Part shown: positions 29,597 through 38,600 of the stretch, piece after piece | How the letters are laid out: every line of letters begins with the position of its first letter | How positions within the stretch are numbered: the first letter of the stretch is position 1 | Source: Lysobacterales bacterium | GTDB lineage: Bacteria > Pseudomonadota > Gammaproteobacteria > Xanthomonadales > SZUA-5 | Direction of reading: 5' to 3' | DNA: 40,418 bases | Assembly (NCBI GenBank): GCA_022844165.1 | Contig: JALHMH010000039.1 | Span: forward strand, 1-40,418 | Notes under the pieces: model-generated | The model's input: only the letters and a program-made list of their open reading frames with translations | What the model was told of the DNA's origin: nothing | Databases searched by the model: none | Translations under genes and position numbers: made by a program

Positions 29597-30319
29597 TCAG
29601 CCCGCCAGGGCTTCGCGCTGCAGTTGCTGCAATTGCGCGATGCCGCCGCGCGCGAGAGCGAGCATTGAAGTCAGTTCTGAATCGCGGAAGGCGTGGCCTT
29701 CGGCAGTACCTTGGAGTTCGATGAAGCCGCCGGCATCGTTTTGCACCACATTCATATCGGTCTCGCAATCGGAATCTTCGGTGTAGTCGAGGTCGAGGAC
29801 CGGCTGACCACGCCAGATACCCACCGAAACCGCGGCCACCTGGCCATGAATCGGATCCTTGCTGATGATCTTGTCGCGCAACAACTTTCGCGTTGCATCC
29901 ATCAGGGCCACGTAGGCGCCGGTGATTGCCGCGGTGCGCGTGCCCCCGTCGGCTTGCAGAACATCGCAGTCGAGCACGATCTGGCGCTCGCCAAGCGCCT
30001 TGCGATCGACCACAGCGCGCAGCGCGCGACCAATCAGCCGTTGGATTTCGTGCGTCCGCCCCGAAACGCCGCGTGCCGACTCCCGGGCGGAGCGCGAATG
30101 TGTTGCGCGCGGCAGCATGCTGTATTCGGCCGTGACCCAACCTTCACCGCTGCCGCGCAACCAGGGGGGTGGTTTGTCGTCGACGCTGGCGGTGCACAGA
30201 ACCCGGGTGTCGCCGAAGCTGACCAAAACCGAGCCTTCAGCGTGGCGCGTGAAATGACGGACGAAAGAAACGGCGCGCAGCGCGTCGGGCGCGCGGCCGC
30301 TGGGGCGGGCAGGGTGCAT
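29597..30319 (-). CDS. rph: Ribonuclease PH
   Basis: [33 protein letters not shown] and [16 protein letters not shown] motifs. Confidence 0.97.
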   Translation of the reverse strand: MHPARPSGRAPDALRAVSFVRHFTRHAEGSVLVSFGDTRVLCTASVDDKPPPWLRGSGEGWVTAEYSMLPRATHSRSARESARGVSGRTHEIQRLIGRALRAVVDRKALGERQIVLDCDVLQADGGTRTAAITGAYVALMDATRKLLRDKIISKDPIHGQVAAVSVGIWRGQPVLDLDYTEDSDCETDMNVVQNDAGGFIELQGTAEGHAFRDSELTSMLALARGGIAQLQQLQREALAG

Positions 30320-30364
30320 AGACTCTCGGTACGCAAACACGGTCCGCGATGTTAACAGCGACGA

Positions 30365-30730
30365 TCACTCAACATCGTTCAATTGACTGCGCCCGCGCTG
30401 GAATTTCGCCAGTTCGGTCCAGGTCGGGTCGGCGGCGCTCAACAGGCGATCGACTATCGCCGCTTCCAACTGCTCGACATCGAACTTGGCCCAATCGACG
30501 ATTTCGAGCTTCACGTCGTGCCAATGATGCGCCGCTTCGCGCAGGTCGTAGCGCAGAACATCAACAACACGTTGCGCTTCGTCCCGCGTCAAAGACTCGG
30601 CTGCCACGAGGTACTCGCGCGCTTTGGTCATCACATCCAGCAGTGACGCAGCAGCATGCATCTCGGCGTTAGGCAACTCTTCGCGTAGCCAACGCCGTGC
30701 GGTGTCATAGGCGCGTTGCAGAGGGGACAT
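30365..30730 (-). CDS. Helical protein resembling the N-terminal part of DUF1451 (zinc-ribbon-containing) proteins, lacking the ribbon
   Basis: LT.DE...V...LR.DL and LLSAADPT..E pattern; no CxxC. Likely ATG start at 30730. Confidence 0.55.
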   Translation of the reverse strand: MSPLQRAYDTARRWLREELPNAEMHAAASLLDVMTKAREYLVAAESLTRDEAQRVVDVLRYDLREAAHHWHDVKLEIVDWAKFDVEQLEAAIVDRLLSAADPTWTELAKFQRGRSQLNDVE

Positions 30731-30800
30731 GGGACGTTCGCGTTCATGACCGGGTCGCACATCGTAAACCTGAGGCACCGAATGTCAATCCGCAAAGCGA

Positions 30801-32486
30801 CTATGGCCCTGGCGCAGAGCCGCTCTGGCGACCCCTGGCGAGCATTTCCTGAGCCGCAGCACGCGTTGCTGCCGTAATCTCGATGCCACCTTGCATGCGC
30901 GCCAGTTCTTCGATGCGTTCGGTGTCGGTCAGCGGCTCAACCCGAGACTGTGTGCGGCCCGCAACGACGTGTTTGCTGACGCGCAACTGATTGTGGGCAC
31001 AGGCCGCCACTTGCGCCAGATGTGTCACGCACAACACCTGGCGTTCAGCGCCCAGCGTTCGCAGTTTGCGCCCAACGATCTCGGCGATCGCGCCGCCAAT
31101 GCCTGAATCGACCTCGTCGAACACCAGGATCGGCGTGTCGTCCAATGCGATCGTGGCGACCTTGATCGCGAGACTGATGCGCGCCAGTTCGCCGCCGGAC
31201 GCCACTTTGCGCAGTGGGCGCGATGGTTGGCCTGGGTTGGCACTGACCAGAAACTCGACAAGCTCATTGCCGGTGCCACGCGGGCTGCCGTCGCTGGACT
31301 CAAAAGCGCATTCGAAACGCCCACCGCGCATGCCCAGTTCTTCCATCAGCGCCGATATCTTTTGCCCCAAACGCGCGGCCCCTGCACGGCGCTTCTCGCT
31401 CAATCGACCCGCTGCCGCGCCGTAGGCGTGCATGGCCACATCGCGGTCGCGCAACAGCTGTTCGAGGCGTTCGCCTGCGGTCGCGGCGTCCTGGACCTGG
31501 CGTTCCAGGTGTGCGGCGAACTGACCAAGCTCGAACACTGGTGTACGGTGTTTGCGGGCGAGCGCATGCAGCCGCGCCAACTCTGCTTCCATCTGTGCCA
31601 GGGCTTCAGGGTCGATATCGAGCGCATCGCGACGGTCGCGCAAATCGCGCGCCGCCTCTTCGAGCGCGATCGTCGCCGCGTCGATCTGACCCACAAGCTC
31701 CGTCAGTTCTGGATCGAGGGCGCTCAGTCTCTGTAGTTCGGCCAACGCTCGACGTAACACGGCGACGGCAGTCATCTCGTCGTCGCCGCAAAGTTGCGCT
31801 TCGATCTGCCCCATTCCATGGATCAATGCACCGGCGCTCGCCAGCTTGCGGTGCTGCGCCTCGAGCGCGGAGATGCGTGCCGGTTCGAGTGTAGCTGCAT
31901 GCAATTCATGCAATTGATGACGCATGAAATCCGCACGATCCGCATTGTCGCTGTGCCGCAGTTTGTCGATTTCCGCATCCAGCGCGCGCACCGTTTCCGC
32001 GGCATTCGCCACTCGCTTTCGCTCGCCGCTCGCTTGTGCAAAATCGTCGAGCAAGTCGAGTTGATGGCTGCGTTGCAGCAAGGCCTGGTGCTCGTGCTGA
32101 CCATGGATCTCGATCAACATCGCCGTCAGGTCGCGCAATTGTTGCTGGGTGGCACTGCGTCCGTTGATGTATGCCCGCGAGCCGCCGTCGCTCTTGACCA
32201 CACGCCGTATCGACAAAGCGCCGTCATCGTCCAGATCGTGCTCGGACAACCAGCGCGAAGCGCTGTGCCCCGACGGCAAGCGAATGTCGATAGCGGTCTC
32301 GAGACGTTCGGCGCCACTGCGCACCGCACCCGAATCCGCCCGGCCGCCGCAACACAAGCTCAGTGCGTCAATCAGAATCGACTTCCCGGCGCCAGTCTCC
32401 CCAGTGATCGCCGAAAAACCGGGTGCCAGCCCAAGATCCACGCGGTCAGTCACCGCAAGATCGCGAATCGTCAGAGAGGTCAACAT
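30801..32486 (-). CDS. recN: DNA repair protein RecN
   Basis: TGETGAGKS, IHGQHEHQ, coiled coil, ASGGELAR, FDEVDSGIGG and VTHLAQVA motifs. Confidence 0.97.
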   Translation of the reverse strand: MLTSLTIRDLAVTDRVDLGLAPGFSAITGETGAGKSILIDALSLCCGGRADSGAVRSGAERLETAIDIRLPSGHSASRWLSEHDLDDDGALSIRRVVKSDGGSRAYINGRSATQQQLRDLTAMLIEIHGQHEHQALLQRSHQLDLLDDFAQASGERKRVANAAETVRALDAEIDKLRHSDNADRADFMRHQLHELHAATLEPARISALEAQHRKLASAGALIHGMGQIEAQLCGDDEMTAVAVLRRALAELQRLSALDPELTELVGQIDAATIALEEAARDLRDRRDALDIDPEALAQMEAELARLHALARKHRTPVFELGQFAAHLERQVQDAATAGERLEQLLRDRDVAMHAYGAAAGRLSEKRRAGAARLGQKISALMEELGMRGGRFECAFESSDGSPRGTGNELVEFLVSANPGQPSRPLRKVASGGELARISLAIKVATIALDDTPILVFDEVDSGIGGAIAEIVGRKLRTLGAERQVLCVTHLAQVAACAHNQLRVSKHVVAGRTQSRVEPLTDTERIEELARMQGGIEITAATRAAAQEMLARGRQSGSAPGP

Positions 32487-32561
32487 GGCCGAAGACGTGG
32501 CTAAGATACTGCGCAATATAGCGAGGCTGCACGTCTAACCGACGGGCGACGCAATCGCCGC

Positions 32562-32583
32562 AAAAAAGGCATGAGCCTTTTTT
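32562..32583. promoter_or_regulatory. Inverted repeat in the recN / RHS divergent intergenic region
   Basis: AAAAAAGGC-ATGA-GCCTTTTTT, with perfect 9-bp arms. Confidence 0.4.
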
Positions 32584-32667
32584 CCCCTTTCTTCCGCGCT
32601 AGTGACCAGGTGGAAATCCGCCTTGAGTCCGATTGACCAAGTTTCGATTGAATTTGTAGGAGCAACC

Positions 32668-35600
32668 ATGCCGCGCTTCAGCATCGCACCCCCATGCGCC
32701 AGCCTCAGAGAACCCGTTTCCGACGGATTGAAAACGTCACAACTTGCAACTGCTGGGGGTCTCCAGCGCGCAGTCTTGCGCCGCCTCGTGGCTTTGCTGA
32801 GCGCTTGCGTGCTTTTGGTTTCCCCATGTTTCGCGCAAGACGCTGGGATTGGATCGGGGCTGACCGAATCGCAGTTACTGTTGCTTGGACGGCCAGACCC
32901 CTTTACCTGTCTCGATTCCCCGTCCGGGCCCTTGTCGGCGACAAATCATCCGGGCAACTGGCATGAGGCGAACCGTTTTGGACAGGGCTGGGACCTGGTG
33001 CGAAACGGCAGCTCGGTGCATGCCTTTTGGTACACGTTCGATGGCGCACGCCGTCCGGTTTGGTACCGAACATCGATTGCGCAAATCGACCCCTTACGGC
33101 AAGAAGCCCTTACGTTGCTGTATGCGGATAAGGGCCCCGACGGCGAGAATTCCGTTCTTGCTGGAGCAGTGGTGTTTCGCTTCCTCGAACAGGACGAAGG
33201 TCGCGTCGTCGCACGCGTAAAACTCATCTCTGGCGCTACGCGGGAAACGTGTTTGACGCGGGCGGCGAACGAATCGGTGCAGCAGTTGAACCCAACACCG
33301 GCGCAATTTCATTGGTTGACCTCCGGTACGGGCGCCAAAGAGCGTTCGACATTGGCCGCCTTCAACGCCGACAACCTCCCGGTCTGGTTCACGATCGGCA
33401 CGCCAATCAATGGTGTCAGCACGCTGTTTTATGCGTACTCAAACTACCCGGGCGGCGAAGGTTGGCGAGAGTGCAATCACGCCGGATGCGTGTCTGCGCC
33501 GAAGCCAGTCGGCACATGGACCGCTGCTGCGAGCGCGTTGTCCAACGGCGATGTTCAGGTGACTGCATCGGTAAATTCTGCTGTCGCTGAGGTAGGTCAC
33601 CAACTTCAATTGCAGTTTCCAGTGCAGCCGGGTGCGGGCGTTGTGCGTAATGTCATAAGTTCATCCATCAACACCGTGCCGGCAAACCAGAACCTCTGCA
33701 CTATTCCATCCGGGCAATCGACTTGCGCGATCACGCTCACTTGGGCCTTCAGCGGCACGAACTTCGACGGTGTCTGGCGCCGGGACTCCTTTACGGGTCA
33801 GTTCGTCACCAGAATCAACACTAGCGTCAGCGGCACCATGGTCGATAACGTAGGGCCGGGTACTTGGAGTTACTGGCTGCGGCGGCGCAACACCGACGGA
33901 GTGCTGGTGAACGTTGTAGGTACCAACCCTATCAACGTCGTAGGCGGCTCAGGCGGTGGCGGTGGCGGATCGCAAGGCAACACGATTGGCTTCCCCGGCG
34001 CGACCGCATGTTCGGCGTCTGCGGCGCCCGTTTCGGTGCCGGGTCTTCCGGCGGTTCCCGGCCTTTATTGGAACCCGGCGCGCAATGGAACAAGTTGGAT
34101 GCTGAGTTTCTTGGGCAGCGGCGATACCGCCAAGTTGGTGTTGGCCTGGTTCACTTATGGTGCCGACAGTCAGCCGCTGTGGCTCAGTGCCACCCCTGCG
34201 CAAATCGAAACCGTCACCGAAAACAACGTATCGGTCCGGCGTGTTTGGGCGCCGTTGGTCAAGTACCGCTGGATAGGAACCAGCGCCGCCGGAATACGGG
34301 ATGCCGGAACCCAGGTCGGCGAAGTCGCGTTGACCTTTCACCCGAACGATGCGACGCGCAGTGCGCTGCGCTGGAAACTCAATAGTCCCACGACGATCGT
34401 CCAAAACGAATGTCTCCAGGATTTCCGGGATTTCATCGTTCCGCCCAGTGCGATGCAAAAGAACCTCGCGATTTCCGGCTTCTGGCACGAGCCGTTGTTC
34501 GATGGCTGGGGTTTGTTCCCCTACTTCCTGGATAACGGCAGCGGAATGCGCGAGTTGTCTACTTTGTCGGTATACGACAGCGCCGGCGAGCCGCGCTGGT
34601 TACAGACCGATCCTCGGAGTGCGGGAAGTGCCTGGCTCAGCGGAGCGCTGAACTACAAAACATCACCGTTCAGCGGTGGCCTGCCCCTCGATCTTCCGAA
34701 CGTTGCGGTGACCCCTGCACCGTCTGGCGTCTTTGGCCGGAGTTTCCTGGATTCGCAAGGCGGTGTTTCGGCCTCGACCGGCTACGCCCATGTCGCAGCT
34801 TCTGGCGCAGGTAGCGTCAATTGGGCGCGAGGAACAGCGTCTGCCCCAATCAGCATTGCCAAGGTGGTGAGAGTTAGCGAGATCACGACAAACAAACGCA
34901 GTTGCACGCTAACGCCGTCGGCGCCGAGTTGCGCCGTGACCGTCAGTTGGGCCAGCCCCTTGGGCGAGGCCCGGGCCTGGCGGCAGAACATCGATAGCGG
35001 CGTGTTCGAGGCCCTCAATCCCACAACGTCGATCAGCACGATCACACAGACCTTCGTCAGTGCGGGCCGATACCGCTATTTCCTCAAGAACGCCGCGGTG
35101 CCGACCGCTGCCGATCTGGCGGTCAGCGCTGAGGTGGTGGTGACGGGTTCCGGTGCAGCTCCCTGCGTACCAACACTCACCGCGCCCGCCACGGCCACCG
35201 GCGATTTTCCGATCAGTTGGCAAGCGGGCACCGGCAGTTGTACGGCGCCGACAAGCTACGAATACGGCGTCTCCTTTGCGGGTGGCAGCTTCAGTAACAT
35301 CTCGGTACCCGCAAGCACCTTGGGCGCGACGATCTCAGCTGGAACACCGGGCATCTACCAGACGCGAGTACGCGCCTGTGCGGGGACTTGTAGTGCCTAT
35401 AGCGCAACGCGCAATACGACAGTCGCTTCCGGCACCACGACGACGATACCTGACGACATCCGCGGTAACGCACCGTTGGAATACACGCCGGCCAACGGCG
35501 AGTTTCTGGCTGGCTCAACGGCGATGCAGGTCGACACCAACGGCGGCAGTGCGGCGCTGTCGATACCGATTGCGGTGCCGCCGGGGCGCGCCGGCATGCA

Positions 35601-38600
35601 GCCGAGTGTGGCGCTGAACTACTCCAGCCGTGGCGGCAATTCCAGCGTCGGCGTCGGCTTCTCATTGAGCGGCACGATGGCGATCACGCGCTGCGGCAGC
35701 ACCATCGCCATCGACAATCAGCGGCGACAGGTGCAGTTCGATGGCCTCGATCGGCTCTGTCTGGATGGCCAACGGCTGATTGCGGTCAGCGGTGGATACG
35801 GGCTCTTGAATACACAATATCAAACCGAGATCGACGGTTACTCTCGCGTCACTCAACTCGGCAGCAGCTTGGCCAGCGATACCAGCACCTACTTCCGCGT
35901 CGAGACCAAGTCGGGCGAGGTCATTTACTTCGGCGCGAACAGCCTGGGTTCGACTTCACGTAACGCCAAAGCGAAGCCGACCGGCGCACCAGGTGGCGCC
36001 ACGATGGCGTGGTTGGTCGATTCTCGCCTGGATCGCGCGGGCAACAACGTGCACTACGTCTATCGGGACTTCACGCTTGGCGAAGTACTGCTCGAACAGA
36101 TCCGCTACACCGGCTTAGCACAGGCCGATGGCGATCGCGTGGTCGATCTGGAATACGAAGATCGCACCGATCTTAGCAGTGGCTACACCTTTGGGGCGCT
36201 CAGTGCGCAAACCAAACGTCTGAAGCAGATCGAGACGCGCGCTGGCAGCTCGATCCTGCGCCGCTACCAGTTGACGTACACCCAGTCGCCCAGTTCCAGG
36301 CGTTCGTTACTGCAATCGATCAGCGAGTGCGGTTTTGAAAACAGCGCGCCAAAGTGCCTGGCACCAAACGTGTTCCATTGGCAGCTGCCCACCTCGCCAA
36401 CGGGGCTGGATCTTGAGGCTCATACATTGACGTGGCCTGCAGGAATGCCGCAGCCGCAGCTGCCCACAGAGATACCGGCATCATTGAACTACGCCCGGTT
36501 GGTGGATGAGATCGTGCCGCTCGGCGATCTGGATGGCGACGGCGTGACCGAGTTGCAACGCACGATCAGTAATGCCAATGGCACGCTCAGCTCCTACGTC
36601 GTGTCGTTCAGCGCCGACCGCCAACCGCGCGGCTATTTCCCTATCCCAGATGGCGTGCGCCTGTTCAATCGCAGCGCCGATTTCAACAACGATGGTCGTG
36701 TCGATCGCTACACCTGGGCGAGCCAGAGCGCGACCAGCGGCACGATCACGTTCAGCCGCTACACCGGCACTGGCGGATTCGATGCGGGTAGCTTCACCTC
36801 AAGTTCTCAAGGCTCGCTGTGCGCCTTGGGCGAAGGAGGTACGGGAACTACGAGCGTTGAGGAGATTTTCGAGGCCGATGTCAACGCCGACGCGCTGCCG
36901 GACCTGGTGGTCTGGTCCGGACAACAAACCTGCGGCGCCGCACAGAACAATGCGGTTTACGTGCACCTCAACACGACACAGCCGGCGGGCACACAGCCCG
37001 GGGCACCCACATTCAATACCACCGCACAGGTTCGACCACTGAGGCGCGACAAGGCTGACGACGAAGAGGTCGTGCGCGTTTCCGATATCGATGGCGATGG
37101 GTTTGCCGACTTACTGACCCGCGAAAAGATAAGTGGCGTCGGGTCGGTGGACAACCCTGTATTCGAGTTTTGGATTTATCCCGGCAGTGCCGCCGGCTTT
37201 GGTGCCCCGGTGTTACTGCGCACTTGGATGAACGTCCCCAATCTCCTGGGCCACCACCCGGGCAACGCACGCCGCCATCAGTTCATGGATGTGAATGGTG
37301 ACGGCTTGCTCGACATCGTGATGGCCAAGCGCTCCAGTGGCGCCGCGTGCATCAGCGCCTGGAGTTATGCACTGAATCGGGGCAATCGGCTGTTCTCGCC
37401 ACTGACTGAGTTCACAGGCGCGCGGACTGCTGGACTTGAAGAGCAGTACAACGGTCCCTCAGGGCTTTGCGACAGCGTTGTTCGCGGCTGGGACGGACCG
37501 CTCGGCGCGCTGGTCAGCTACGAAGATTACGATGCTGATGGCCGACAGGAAATCTTGATCCCGAGCGGTTTCAAGAATGGGCTGCTAACGCGCGCGGCTT
37601 TTGTCAAGAACCAGGGAGATGCGTTGCAAATCTTGTTCCTGAGTTCGCCACACCCGCGACAGCCCAATCCTTACACCGCCCCGGACAGCGGGTTCCTGAG
37701 TCTCGCCGACCTCGACACTGAGGGCAGTCGAATCGTGCTCCCCTATACCCAACCCGACCAAACGGTTCGGGTCGACAGCATCGCTGATCGCTCGGTACTC
37801 GATCACAGCTCCTACACCATGAGCCGCCTGGTGATTAGCGAACCGCTGCCCGGACAACTGCATCTCAACGAAGTGCCGATGCCAGCAAGTTTCGGCCGGC
37901 AACTCGATGGTCGTGCCGAAAGTCTGGACTTGCACGGCGACGGACTCACAGATGTCTTTGGCTCAGAGGGTTGCAAGTTCCGTTGGACCGTCAGGATGAA
38001 CAGCCCGCCGCCGAATCCGCGCTCCTGTGTGCTCGCAGGACAGCAGGCTCCCGAGAGCCTGGATCCACCCTACGTGCCCCAATGGTTCGTCAACGCCGGC
38101 GCCGGCCGCAACAACTTCAGCGGCCAGCTGGGCGCCAGCCGCTCGCCGGATCACGTCAGAAGCGTGAGCGACGCTTTCGGGCCACTCGCCACCTGGGCGT
38201 ATGAGCCGCTGTCGAGCCGCGCGGGGCGTTCCACGGGTCTGCCGCTGTACAGCGTGCCGGCGCGTAATTCGGGGCAAAGCTACGCCGATGCCGATCACTT
38301 CTATTTTGCATCGAGCATGGTCGTCGTTGCTGAAATGCAGCGGCGTAACGGCCTGGGCGAGAGTCAGAACACCATGCGCTACGGCTACGAAGAGGCCATG
38401 TTCAACAACAAGGGCCGTGGCCTGATGGGCTTTCGCAAGATCCATGTGGAAGACATCGCACAGGGCATCCGCAGCGCCACCATCTTCCATCAGAAGTTCC
38501 CGCGCACTTCGCTCGCCGAATGCAGCGCCAGCCAATTGTTGTCCGAGAGCCCCAGTCAGTTGCATTGCACAACCGAACAGGCCATTGCGCTGACGACCCA

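Noticed and set aside
32495-32530. LexA/SOS box upstream of recN
   Set aside because: No match to CTGT-N8-ACAG or to a clear TTAG-N6-TACTA Xanthomonas-type box.
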